From contig OX597820.1 in assembly GCA_951406725.2 (NCBI GenBank), positions 1,736,001-1,800,000 on the forward strand: a stretch of DNA of 64,000 nt. The letters are read 5' to 3'. Both the position numbers and the translations under genes were made by a program. How positions within the stretch are numbered: position 1 is the first letter of the stretch; every line of letters begins with the position of its first letter. The stretch comes from Octopus vulgaris. Its lineage: Eukaryota. The notes under the pieces are model-generated. The model was not told the DNA's origin and made no database searches. It was given only the letters and a program-made list of their open reading frames with translations. Below are positions 1 to 10,991 of the stretch, piece by piece.

Positions 1-290
1 CAAACCCCTTGCCCTCTTCAACTTCTCTCTGATCCCACTGTACACTTTGTGTGCATTGAATACACCATATAGAAATCCTATTACCCCGACCTTTCTTTTC
101 CTGCATATCGAATATGTTAACTTCCCAGTTCTGGTAGATATTAATGGATACAGTAGTTCCTTCAGGATCTAACTGTTGTTGGCATGTAGATGGCGAGTCC
201 TGCCTTCGTTTTAGCTAAAACACTTCTCATTGTAAGGGTTACCTTGAAACTTCTCCATTATAAGAATTTCTCTAAAGAGTGGAAGAAATC
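1..290 (-). mobile_element. Decayed non-LTR retrotransposon (RTE-like) RT C-terminal / Cys-rich fragment
   Basis: Minus-strand frames give SLEKFL*WR...LAKTK and GKLTYSICRK...ISIWCIQC...HKVYSGIREKL. This is the same family as 3995-4425. Confidence 0.6.
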
Positions 291-529
291 ATTATTATGA
301 GTCATGAATACAGAAAGTTTAAGCTGTTGCCTTTTATAATATGTGATGTGTAGCAATCACTATGAAATTGTTTGTGTGGTTGAGATCATTCTACCATGCA
401 TTGTATGTATTTCTATTTTAATTGGTCCAGGTGTACCAAATATTATTGTTATTATTTGACATTTCAATCTCAGCTTTCTAGATATTTGTAAATATGACAA
501 TTTGAGGCATAAACCATGGAATGTTATCA

Positions 530-910
530 AACGTCGGAAATAGACTCCTTTTGAAGGGTCTCTGGAGTAACGTTACTCGACAGGGTGTGTAGGCTGGAGA
601 ATTGGGTGTCTCTCTAGGTCAAACGGCTGCTTCTCTGCATTGAGAAGTCAGAACTCCAGTAACACAGAAACGTGATTAGAATGTCACAAAAATGAATCGC
701 AAAACGGCTTCTTGAAGCTGAGCCAACTGACAGGAGACCCCTAGGGGTAGATCGAGACTAGATTGTTGGATAAAATCCATAGTTTCAATTGGTCATGTTT
801 GAGAATGGATTCAGAAAAGCTTCTGATAGGACCCGACGAAGGAGATTCCTAAAGACTCTACCCCAGCAACCCTTCTATGAATAAAGGACAGAGAAAATGG
901 ATGGCTGGAT
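530..910 (+). mobile_element. RTE-clade LINE 3' end (decayed)
   Basis: Frames give RVSGVTLLDRV, LLLCIEKSEL, VIRMSQK*IAKRLLEAEPTDRRP-RGR. It ends in a tggatggctggat tail. Confidence 0.75.
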
Positions 911-1265
911 CAAATCGTGTAACTGTTGGTCTCTATTGATTCTTTAGGCTCTCATACACTCTTACCCACAGAAAAACACTTCTCTTTCCTGCTCTTTACC
1001 AAACATTTTCTCGTGTAACTTTCAGTTAATTCTTTTTCAGAATGTTTTCTCCATTTCCAGCCTTTATTTCAAAATGTTTGTTATTTTTGTCAACATCTTT
1101 AGAAACAGAGACCAATGTCTTCTATTTTCCCTGTTTCTTAAGTATTTCTCATTCCTCTAATCACATGATTTCTTTGCTATATTTATAACAACCCACCACA
1201 CACGTGTGTTATATTATCGGTAATGTTGTTTTAATTATATTTTTGTATTGTTGTATATTTTGCAG

Positions 1266-1471
1266 GGAGAGAATTAGGAATTAAACAAGTTGACCTGAAC
1301 ATTATCAAGAGTGACTTCCCTAATGATACAGCAGAACAAGGTTTCCAGATGCTCTATAAATGGTTCCAGTGTTGTGATCCAGCGAATCGTACACTTAAAA
1401 CATTAACGGAAGCTCTGGAGGAAATCGAGTGTTTCGACGCTCTTGAACGTCTATCATTAGACACAAATTGA
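1266..1471 (+). CDS. Terminal exon encoding the C-terminal part of a death domain (upstream exons not identified in the window)
   Basis: Acceptor ttttgcag at 1258-1265, phase 1. It reads GRELGIKQVDLNIIKSDFPNDTAEQGFQMLYKWFQCCDPANRTLKTLTEALEEIECFDALERLSLDTN* with the LG..DL..I...P.D..EQ..QML.KW...TL..L.EAL death-fold pattern. AATAAA follows at 1709-1714. Confidence 0.88.
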
Positions 1472-1971
1472 ATTTTTGAGTAAACTGTCGCTGCTGTTGT
1501 GTCCTAAGTCTACATTCGACAAATGCCTTCCATCCAGGACTATCCTGCCTTTCACTTAAGTTTAGAGAACTCAATACCACATTGTCTACTGTGTCCTTCC
1601 TTCAGATGACATATTGTGAATTGAGTAGGATTCGGCTACTAATTCTAGCAGATCTGTCTACTCCATTGAGGGCAATTGTTTCCCTTGTTGTTAGAGATTA
1701 ACTGTGGAAATAAAGATAAACTTTGAAATTTCATTTGTTGTTGATGTTGTTGTTGTAAGTCCCTCTATCTCCCTAAACACCTCCATTGTTATGTAGGCAG
1801 TTTTAATATCTTGTGGATTTCTTCATAAAAATGGAATGTGTAATTCCATTTTGTAAAGCTTGCTTAAAATCACATTTTGCTTTCGAGTAGAACCTTCCTT
1901 CTTGTAAACACAATTGTCAGTAAATATATGATATCCATTTCTTGCAGTCAATAATTTTACATTAGGAGCTC

Positions 1972-2292
1972 GGTGAAGGCGCATGGCTTAGTGATTAGGG
2001 CATTCGGTTCACGATCGTAATGTTGTGAGTTCAATTCCCAGCGACGCGTTGTGTCCTTGAGGAAGACACTTTATTTCATGTTAATCCCGTCCACTCAGCT
2101 GGCAAAAATGTGTAGTACATGTATTTCAAATGGCCGGCCTTGTCACACTTTGTGTCACGCTGAATCTCCCTGAGAAGTGTGTTAAGGATACACGTGTCTG
2201 TGGAACACTCAACCACTTGCACGTTAAGTTCACGAACAAGCTGTTCCGTTGATCGTATCAGCTGGGATCCGTGTCGTGGTAACCGACAGAGA
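1972..2292 (+). mobile_element. tRNA-derived SINE, family C (head 1 + shared body)
   Basis: A/B-box-like head, then gtgtccttgaggaagacactttatttc and a body shared with 31560, 33322, 39712, 55390 and 63030. Confidence 0.85.
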
Positions 2293-2324
2293 GTTCCTTC
2301 ACGAACTCACCCAATGTTAAAACA

Positions 2325-3164
2325 AGATTTGGCTCAAATTGTTTTTGGCAATACCTCTACATGGACAAGGAACACAACACGTATAATTATAGACCCAAAC
2401 TCCTAAAGGTTTCAAAGATATGCCCCGCCAAAATTTGAGGGCCAAGTCCCTCGTGGAGAGTGGATGTCAATTTATACATAATTTGCTGCTGAACATCTTT
2501 AAAACTAATCGTAGGCCAATAACATGAATTAAGTATGAAGGAGATGAGAAAACCAGTTGAAATTTTGAACGGATAAAGTATGGATACATACATTCCTGCA
2601 TCACAAGTTTCATTCCCTTGTTTAATTGTTCACATGGTGAACTTACGAGGCAAAACCTGTCAGAAGAATGAGTTGTGTTCACTTCGAACCATTTTCAGAG
2701 GCCTCCTCTAAATATTGTTTATGCCTGGTACATTGTCAGTCTTCATATCATGGACAGATTAGTCCTGAAATTGAAGAAACTCAGCAGAAGTTTGCTTGTA
2801 TTATGCTTCTTGGTCCCATGAGGGTCCCTCGAATATTGATTTTTTAAAAAATGTCCGCTTATGAAAGGATTCATATTTGAGAGACCAATAACGTGAATAT
2901 GGAAGAAGATAGAGCAATTCCGAAAGCAGATACTGACAGGGTACGTTCAGATTACCCGGAGTAGCTACTCTTAGACAAATATTATCATTAGTATTAAAGG
3001 TGTTCAACACAATCTGTATAAACTGACATTAGAGCAACCCGAGGGTGTAGCTCTCAAATTTTGGTGGGGTGTATCATTGAAACCTTTCGGAGTTGGACCC
3101 TAAAATCATAAGTATGTCCCTTGTGCACATAGCGGTATTCCCAAAATAATTTTGTGCCAAATCT
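2325..3164. mobile_element. Old element bounded by ~115-bp diverged inverted repeats
   Basis: 2325-2440 (agatttggctcaaattg...aaaggtttcaaagatatgccccgccaaaatttgagg) matches the reverse complement of 3051-3164. Confidence 0.55.
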
Positions 3165-3234
3165 GTGTTGGGCACGTCCACAGCTTTGACTGAGTTCTTT
3201 TGGAATGACCCATTAGCTTTCATCGTAACGCTTG

Positions 3235-3690
3235 ATAATGCAAAATACAGCTGAACGTAGGAGACAAATTGTGTGCGAAGATGTATTCCAATTTGTTTAA
3301 ACGTCTGTCACCGTGCTTTGTTGCATGTGGAGGGCAAAGGCTGCTTTACATGGAATTGTTTCTGTGCTAAATGTGAATGGGAACTCCATTCATTGAAACC
3401 CATGTGGGATCTTTGATATTACCAGCATTGATCCTACAAAAGGACCACAAACAACCTCAGCCGCAATTACACGATCGTAGAAGCAGACAATGATGTAGCC
3501 TATGCCATTGTAATGGCCATGTGTAGCATCCACATTTCTGTAAAACCTAATGCAGCTTCTTTTCTTTCGCTTGAGAATATATAATGGAAACCCTGATGGC
3601 ACGAGTTTGTTGAGGAACTTGAAAAGGTACAGAGAAGTATATAGATGTCATTTTTAATTATATTACTTAAATTCCCTTCCATATATTAGG
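3235..3690 (-). mobile_element. Helitron PIF1-like helicase C-terminal remnant (frameshifted)
   Basis: FLNKLVPSGFP.ILK.KK..C...RN.DA..GH.NG..YI...DRVIAAEV..GPF.G..L.I.KIP, then RKQFHVK / AFALTCNKA.*QTFKQIGIHL...QLYFALS. Confidence 0.88.
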
Positions 3691-3994
3691 AGATAGTTTT
3701 ATTAACTTTTATTAATTTTTATTATTATTGTCTTCCATAGTATTTTAAAATTTTGACTTTGCCTTCCTACATCGAGACCCGACTATTTAACAAAACTTTT
3801 CTTTCACCTGATGACGTAGCTGAAGTTCTGAATTATTTTGAAAGGAATTTTAGCATTTTGCATTAATACAGGCCTGTAATTTATTCATTATCAGAGAGAA
3901 TAATATAAATTATTTCCATGTTTCAAGAAACGAAACAATTTGTCGTGAATAAAGAAGTTTCTTTCTGTTAAATAAATTTTCATCAAAATGTTAT

Positions 3995-4425
3995 TTAGGA
4001 CTGAAGACTTCAACAGAGTCCCTTTATCTGCGATCTAGTGGGCTCTGAGGAAGTTAGATGTAGATGGGTGGCTAGTGAAAGGCATACAAGCCATGAACAG
4101 GGGATTTGTCAGCAAGGGGAAAGTTAATCATGAGTAGGGTAATGAATTTAGAGAGCAGGTACTTCACCGAGGTTCGGTTCTTGGCCTCCTGCTTATCATT
4201 GTCCTCTTGGCCATAACAAGGAACTTACAAGTGACTCCTCTAGAGAACTTTTATATACGGATCACCTTCGTCTTATAATGGGATCTGTATCAGAATTGGT
4301 AAAGAAATTTCAGGTGTGGAAGCAAAGATTGGGATCTAGAGGGTAAGAAGTTAACCTAGCAAAGAATAAAGTTGTAATTACCAAGACAACGAATAGGACT
4401 CTCTCCCCACGAGGTAAACTGCCCG
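3995..4425 (+). mobile_element. Non-LTR retrotransposon RT fragment (RTE-like)
   Basis: FNRVPLSAI*WALRKLDVDGWLVKGIQAM, HRGSVLG, ELLYTDHL (a degraded YADD motif), KKFQVWKQRLGSRG*EVNLAKNKV. Confidence 0.85.
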
Positions 4426-4775
4426 GATGTACAAGGCGCAGTGTAGTGACCATCTTTTTATCCGGCAACCCGGATGCTCTTTCTACTGTCCTCGAATGGC
4501 TTCAAAGTTGACAGCACCCATTAGATGATGCTCAGTCAAGCTGCTTTCCATCCAGATGTCCTCACATCTCAATCTGTCATCTTTAGCCGAACAAAGACTT
4601 AGTCCAGTGGCGTGAGATGGAGAGCGGAGACGAATGTTTGGGGATATCTATGAAATGCAGGTGGACAGAGAGACATCCGATGGGCACAGTCGTCTTTTGT
4701 GATCAATTATCGAATATGTAGGGTTTGCATCGCCAAATAACGTCCCCTCGTGTGGTCGAAGCCCTGGCTAGCAAA
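4425..4775 (+). pseudogene. Noggin-like remnant A (N-terminal clip + C-terminal fragment, internally deleted)
   Basis: CSDHLFIRQP resembles noggin HYLHIRPAP. QAAFHPDVLT is homologous at DNA level to 7781-7830. VQWREMESGDECLGISMKCRW is homologous to 6607-6690. Confidence 0.55.
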
Positions 4776-4934
4776 ATATATTTAGAGAATGAATTGCTGA
4801 TGAATAAGACTATGAAGGTTATACTGCGTCACACCATACTGCACGGAACTACACCGAGTCACATCGCGGCACACCGCGTCTGCAAATGATGGATAATGCT
4901 GGGAAGATATGACGAAATAAACAGCAGTGTATTA

Positions 4935-5065
4935 CACAATCCCCGCTGTATTAAAGTATCCGTGTTTGTGACTCTCTCTCAGATGTCCGGGGGGACACCT
5001 TCCATGTGTGTGTGTGTGTGTCCGTCACCTATTCACCGTCTAACTCTATTCTATTTGTGGGACAC
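4935..5065 (+). pseudogene. Noggin-like remnant A2 (cystine-knot middle)
   Basis: HNPRCIKVSVFVTLSQMS...CVCPSPIHRLTLFYLWD versus noggin FWPRYVKVGSC...CKPSKSVHLTVLRW. Confidence 0.6.
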
Positions 5066-5487
5066 AGCTGCTGAGTCATCTTTGGATTTTGTCTAAATAA
5101 AGGATCAGCCAAGAACTCGAAATTAAAATTCAATCGATAAGAAAACAAGTTGAGGTGATGGAACTGATTTAGCATTTATCATATATTTGGAGAGATTTGG
5201 CTGACCAGTAAAGTTATGTGGCTATTGTAGGTAAGCATAAAACGAAAGAACAATAAGAAGCGTAAGTTTGAAACACAGCACAATTATCTGATGTAAAATT
5301 GAAGTAAATCAATTGAGGTTTGAAAATACACAAGCTCCGACTGTCAATGTTAGATATCTATCTAAAACTTGTAGACATTTTGTCGTATCATTTATCATTT
5401 TGTTGTATCACTGTGCTCCGCTCCGAATTTGTTTTCTTATAACGTTCAGAAAATTGAAGATATTTTAAAGGAAATTTCCAGCTCATA

Positions 5488-5890
5488 GGCGCAGGAGTGG
5501 CTGTGTGGTAAGTAGCTTGCTAACCAACCACATGGTTCCGGGTTCAGTCCCACTGCGTGGCATCTTGGGCAAGTGTCTTCTGCTATCGCCCCGGGCCGAC
5601 CAATGCCTTGTGAGTGGATTTGGTAGACGGAAACTGAAAGAAGCCTGTCGTATATATGTATATATATATATGTGTGTGTTTGTGTGTCTGTGTTTGTCCC
5701 CCTAGCATTGCTTGACAACCGATGCTGGTGTGTTTATGTCCCCGTTACTTAGCGGTTCGGCAAAAGAGAGTGATAGAATGAGTACTGGGCTTACAAAAGA
5801 ATAAGTCCCGGGGTCGAGTTGCTCGATTAAAGGCGGTGCTCCAGCATGGCCGCAGTCAAATGACTGAAACAAGTAAAAGAGTAAAGAGTA
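5488..5890 (+). mobile_element. tRNA-derived SINE, family A (internal TA/TG microsatellite, gagtaaa tail)
   Basis: Head ggcgcaggagtggctgtgtggtaagtagcttgct..ggttcagtcccac and tail ggcggtgctccagcatggccgcagtcaaatgactgaaac. Many near-identical copies occur in the window. Confidence 0.92.
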
Positions 5891-6044
5891 TATCTTTCGT
5901 ATTGAGTAGATTAGGGTTACAGCAGTTTCTGTTGTGATAAAAAAAAAGGGTTTAATGGACACGCACACATAAATCCTGACACGAGCTGACATCAGGGAAT
6001 CGACTCCTGTCCTTGTGATCCATCAATTTATAATTCTTTCTATT

Positions 6045-6230
6045 ATAGTCACAAGGCCTGAAATTTGGGTGGGAGGGGACTAGTCGATTACATCGACTCC
6101 AGTACTCAGCTGGTACTTAATTTATCAACCCCGAAAGGATGAAAGGCAAAGTCGACCTCGGCGGAATTTGAACTCAGAACGTATTGACGGGCGAAATACC
6201 TCAAAGCATTTCGTCTAGCTTGCTGCCTTC
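6045..6230 (-). mobile_element. SINE family B (MetaSINE-like central motif)
   Basis: Reverse complement contains gagttcaaattccgccgaggtcgactttgcctttcatcctttcgggg..gataaattaagtaccag. Confidence 0.85.
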
Positions 6231-6354
6231 CATCAACTCATAATGGATATGCAACAGTTAGCGTGAACGTAGCTGTTCCCTTCTAATAAACTTCGAGAGA
6301 TGACCGCGGTTTTGTCAGCCGGATCGAGCACACAAAAAAGTAATGATAATAAAC

Positions 6355-6783
6355 AGATGTCTGTAAGGTACAGTGAAACTGGCGGATTATTATATTTATC
6401 GGACGATGACAACAAATATTTACGTTTTCTTCGGTCAAATTCAGTACGAAGGAGCAGACATCTGTTGGAGCACGTGAGACTAACGGTTTTACTATACTTC
6501 TGGGACAAGGATAGCGGCAAGTGGATCGAATGCAGATGGGGGCACACACAGAAGAACTGTCTTGGCGAAACATCCCAGTTCAGTGGTAAGAGTGTTCGAA
6601 ATTGGAGTGGGAGGCTGGAAAGAGTGATGAATGTGCAGACACATCTGTGAAATGAAGGTGGTCAGAGTAACATCCGACGGGTGCGGCCAGTTTCGTGGCC
6701 ACAATTCCTTGCTTAATAGCCAAGTGTATCGAGTTTATTAGGGGACGGAGTCCGTTTCAGTAATTGAAGCATGCGAGTGTAGC
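6355..6783 (+). pseudogene. Two adjacent noggin-like C-terminal remnants (B1 ~6355-6590, B2 ~6600-6783)
   Basis: B1 reads RC.VRYS, FIGR*QQIFTFS (G.C-x5-CS spacing), EGADIC, HVRLTVLLYFWD, ECRWGHTQ. B2 reads LEWEAGKSDECADTSVK*RW and SVSVIEACECSK, versus noggin PIISECKCSC. Confidence 0.6.
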
Positions 6784-6859
6784 AAAGGTTCAGGGTCGTC
6801 ATCAATCGCTCGTCAAATAACGGCCTCTCATAGGAAGATCCTCCCTCTCTATCTCTATT

Positions 6860-7085
6860 CGTTGCCCAACAGTTCGCCGACGGACACCTTCTGTGTATGT
6901 CCGTCTCTTATTCTACCTGCTAGCTGTTGATACGTCCAAATACGGAAAATAAACGTCTGGTGGCGAGCGGGGAGACCGCGTGAATTACCGCATCCAGTGG
7001 CCGCCAGTACATCGGCATCTTCAACCCTCTCCGGCTAATTGCGGAGACACAGACGTGGCTTGTGTATTCGTGTGTCCTGCAAACC
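6860..7085 (+). pseudogene. Noggin-like remnant B3
   Basis: ggacaccttctgtgtatgtccgtc is homologous to 4992-5025. NCGDTDVACVFV..CK parallels the CPGTKDDVNCQSVSQCKC end of copy C. Confidence 0.45.
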
Positions 7086-7410
7086 ACTTGAACAGCGGTC
7101 AACCACTGATAACGTCCACTTGGTCGTCCGACGAAATTGTTAACCACCAAACTCGTGGTCAGCCTTTCCTTCGTATAAATTGAGTCGAAAATGATTGCTT
7201 GCATACCACAAAGACCCACAGTTTGAAGTGACGAACAGCAAGCATACTGCCATCTGTTGGATCTCAACTGGCAAACAACAGGGCTATGAAGATTTTGCTG
7301 CGCTTCTCCCCATTGCACCGCACAACACCGCATTACACCAAGCTACATCGTGATCAACAAGCTAAATCACGCAACAGGGGAAGTCAGAGGGCGGGAAATA
7401 CTTTCGTCGT

Positions 7411-7420
7411 TCGTATAAAT
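7411..7420 (+). promoter_or_regulatory. Candidate TATA box of noggin-like copy C (paralogous motif at 7171-7180)
   Basis: tcgtataaat lies ~50 bp upstream of ATG 7463. An identical 10-mer is present at 7171. Confidence 0.35.
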
Positions 7421-7462
7421 GAAACCGAAATTCACGCGGTTGACTGTAAATTCGTGACTAAA

Positions 7463-8198
7463 ATGATGTCTGCATACGACTGCATTTACTGTTTGGGTGT
7501 GATGTACTTAGTAGAGCAGCTATCCACTTTGATCCATACTAAGGGTTGCGATGTTGCCGGGTGCACCGATTTTAGTTTTATCCGACGACATGACTTCTAC
7601 ATTTTGCGCTGCTCACTAAAGTTATTGCCAAGGACCCAGATTCCGTCTGTCACGCGATGACGAACTCTGCTCCTTTCACGCACGTTTCCAAATTGGTACA
7701 TAACGACATTGATTCCGTTATGGAACATGCTCAACACAAACGGGAAAGGGGCAAAGTAGAAGAGCCCCGTGTGAGGATTTGTCAAGCTGCTTTCCATCGA
7801 GACGATCTCACATACATTTCTGTCACCTGCCACCAACCCCAATGAAAGGACACTTACAATCTTTATTAGAAGAATCTCATGCTTTTGCATTTGTCTCTGA
7901 GGTTTTCTTACTGTTGGGGGTCAGGCGAAAATGGCAACAAACCCAGATATGTCGACGGCATGAATTATACATGGACATACACATATGATCTGGCTACTGG
8001 TGAACCAGACCCAAGCTTTGGGTACGCGGTGGAAAACGTACATGACTGCCCAGATTTCATCTGAACATTGCATTATCCGGCATGTGCAACGGTGTGCAGG
8101 ACAGTTTGTCTTTATTTATTTCTTGATTGATTTGTATCTGTCCAGGAACGAAGGACGATGTTAATTGCCAGAGTGTGAGTCAGTGTAAGTGTTCAAGT
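7463..8198 (+). pseudogene. nog: Near full-length, intronless noggin-like pseudogene (copy C)
   Basis: Hydrophobic leader MMSAYDCIYCLGVMYLVEQL, then DFSFIRR, VIAKDPDS, SYCWGSGENGNKPRYVDGMN(Y)TWTYT(Y)DLATGEPDPS..HDC, ending QSVSQCKCS. Motif order and ~245-codon length match noggin. Several stops and frameshifts are present. Confidence 0.7.
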
Positions 8199-8689
8199 AC
8201 TCGTCGGTCACTCAGCAAAACCTCTGTCTCGACGAAATTCCTGGTCAGTGCTGAGAAAGAGAAGACAAAATTGACGGAGGAGACTAAGATCGTTACAAGT
8301 GCTAAACCACACTGCATCGCTCTAAACTGTGTAACATCGTGCTACACAGCGCTGCACCACACCTCGAATGGCAGATCGTTTCTTATACAAAAAGAGACGC
8401 ATTAAATGGCAGTGGAATGGCTTCTCTGCAAAGCACGTTCCAGCAAACAGCATTTCGAGTCGTGTGTAAGAGATCGCTTTTGTCTCGTTCTTTTCGAATG
8501 AGAGGGAAATAAAGAAATATTATCACCCAAGATGGTAAAGCTGTTTTTATATTTAGTGAGGATGAGAGATAAATACGTTTAAACAGAGGAAACAGGGATT
8601 CAAGGTTTTGACAAATATAACAATTATTAAGGACCATCTGGATGCTGTACAAAGTAACTCGTCTACAAACAAACGGTGGATGTCAATAC

Positions 8690-9030
8690 TCTGAAATTAT
8701 TGAAATAACTCAAGAAGTTATCTACTTAAACAAGAAAATATTAAATGAAATCTCGGCAGGAACAAAAGGTTTATGTTTTCTGGGGTGAAGCTACACAAGA
8801 TTCTGTGAATATATGTCATTCATCTGATAATGTAATCAAAGAATGTTTAATGGAAGTGTGTGATGTAGAACGTGCAATCGGCTGAGGGACAGAGGAAATG
8901 ATCTTACTTTTATAGGGAAGACAGGACTAACCGATAAAAAACAAGCTGTCACTTCTAAGATGGCGTTGCTAAAATGAATGGAGTTATTGAGGAGTTTCAG
9001 TTTCGAATTCTCCTTTCTACAATGTAAAAT
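8690..9030 (+). pseudogene. Noggin-like remnant D
   Basis: EIIE...YLNKKILNEISAGTKGLCFLG resembles [29 protein letters not shown] at ~8943-8969 resembles HLTVLRWRC. FQFRILL..QCK follows. Confidence 0.68.
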
Positions 9031-9121
9031 ATTTGTATGTTCACTGACATTCACTCAACTCTCTGGCAGAAAATCCAGCTGTATCATATTGAATCACGAG
9101 TGTTTGGTAAATCTCGCCGCA

Positions 9122-9262
9122 ATACAGCCAGGTCCCGTCTGACTTTTCTGGATTCCCTGGTAAACGAAATATACAGGGAAACTAGTGACCCCCAGCTCAG
9201 TATGACCCCCTTCTGTAAATATCTGTCTATATAATTCTTATTCAACAGAATGTAGGAGGGTC
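9122..9262 (+). pseudogene. nog: Noggin-like remnant E (N-terminal clip region)
   Basis: Across frameshifts: IQPGP-SD..LV....E.SDPQ.YDP...KYL....NVGG versus noggin [30 protein letters not shown]...LLGG. Confidence 0.62.
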
Positions 9263-9744
9263 GACTCAAACGCAATGACAAAGTGAATCTTGCTCTTCAC
9301 ACAGAGCAAGAAGATGACTCTAAATAATTTGATAAACTCGGCCCTCTCCTCCTAGGAAGGTCTGTTAGGCTAATCTTTTCAATCCCTTCCGCTTCATTGA
9401 ACTATTTCCTAATTTCTACCATAAGCACGTGGAGGGGCATAATCGATTATATCGACACTGGAATGCGACCGAGGCGTTATTTTATGATCTGCAGATGGAT
9501 GAAAGATGAAACAAACTTGAGCAGGTTTAAATTTAAAGTATTTTCTCAACACCGAAAAGTTGAAAGCTGGAGATGACCTCGGCAGAATTTGAACTCAGAA
9601 AGTACAGACGGATTAAATGATGTTAAGCATTTTGTCCGGCGTGTTAACGACTCTGACAGTTCACCGCCTTTCTGAGGTAATTAATTTTGTTAAATGTTTT
9701 CGCATTGTAAAAAAAATCTCGTTAGCGAGTTTGGTTGGCGCAAA

Positions 9745-9928
9745 ATGAAAGAAGGAAACCAAAATACAAGCAAAGAAAGAAAGAATAAAGAAAGAAAAAA
9801 AGATAAGAAAGAAAGGACGGAAGAATGGAAGGAAGAAGGAAAGAAAGGAAGGAAGAAGGTAAGAAAGAAAGAAAGACAGAAAGAAAGAAAGAATGACAGG
9901 AAGAAAGAGAAAGAAAGAAAGAAAGAAA

Positions 9929-9964
<36 letters not shown>

Positions 9965-10401
9965 GAAGAAAGAAAGAAATAAAGAAAGACTGAAAGACTG
10001 AAACGAAGAAAGAAAGAAAGAAAGAAAGGAAGAAAGAAACAAACAAACAAAGAAAGAAAGAAAGAAAGACTGAAAGAAAGAAAGAAAGGAAGAAAGAAAG
10101 AAAGAAAGGAAGAAAGAAAGAAAGAAAGGAGGGAAGAGACACTGAAAAGCTGAAAGAAAGAAAGAAAGACTGAAAGGAAGAAAGAAAGAAAGAAATACGG
10201 ACAGGAAGAAAGAAAGAAAGAAAGGAAGAAAGAAAGAAAAACGGACAGGAAGAAATAAAGAAAGAAAGGAAGAATGAAAGAAAGGAAGGAAGAAAGGAGG
10301 AAAGAAATGAAGAAAGAAAGAAAGAAAGGAAGAAAGAAAGGAAGGAAGAAAGAAAGAAAGGAAGAAAGAAAGGAAGAAAGAAAGAAGGGAAGAAACACTG
10401 A

Positions 10402-10456
<55 letters not shown>

Positions 10457-10759
10457 GCAGATAGAAAGACTGAAAGGAAGAAAGAAAGAAAGAAAGACGG
10501 ACAGGAAGAAAGAAAGAAAGAAAGAAAGGAAGGAAGAAAGAAAGAAAGGAAGAAAGAAAGAAAAACGGACAGGAAGAACGAAAGAAAGAAAGGAAGAATG
10601 AAAGAAAGGAAGGAAGAAAGGAAGAAAGAAAGGAAGAAAGAAACAAAGAAAGGAAGAAAGAAAGGAAGGAAGAAAGAAAGAAAGGAAGAAAGAAAGGAAG
10701 AAAGAAAGAAAGGAGGGAAGAAACACTGAAAAGAAGAAAGAAAGAAAGAAAGAAAGAAA

Positions 10760-10792
<33 letters not shown>

Positions 10793-10957
10793 GAAGGAAG
10801 AAAGACTGAAAGGAAGAAAGAAAGAAAGAAATACGGACAGGAAGAAAGAGAGAAAGGAAGAAAGAAAGGAAAAAAGAAAGAAAGAAAGAAAGAAAGGAAG
10901 AAATAAAGAAATAAAGAAAGACTGAAAGACTGAAAAAGAAAGAAAGAAAGAAAGAAA

Positions 10958-10991
<34 letters not shown>

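Noticed and set aside
3050-3230. Protein-like + strand reading (ELDPKIISM...LTEFFWNDP), first considered a viral remnant
   Set aside because: It has stops and coincides with the inverted-repeat arm and the Helitron junction. No viral motif was recognised.
5488-5560. tRNA genes at SINE heads
   Set aside because: A/B-box-like heads continue into SINE bodies and no full cloverleaf is evident.
6600-6790. IL-17-like reading of VVRVTSDGC...IEACEC
   Set aside because: Neighbouring paralogous fragments carry noggin-specific motifs (PRYV, LRWRC, clip region), so noggin fits better.
7597-7890. Minus-strand ORF with signal-peptide-like start
   Set aside because: It is the antisense shadow of noggin-like copy C, with no independent support.
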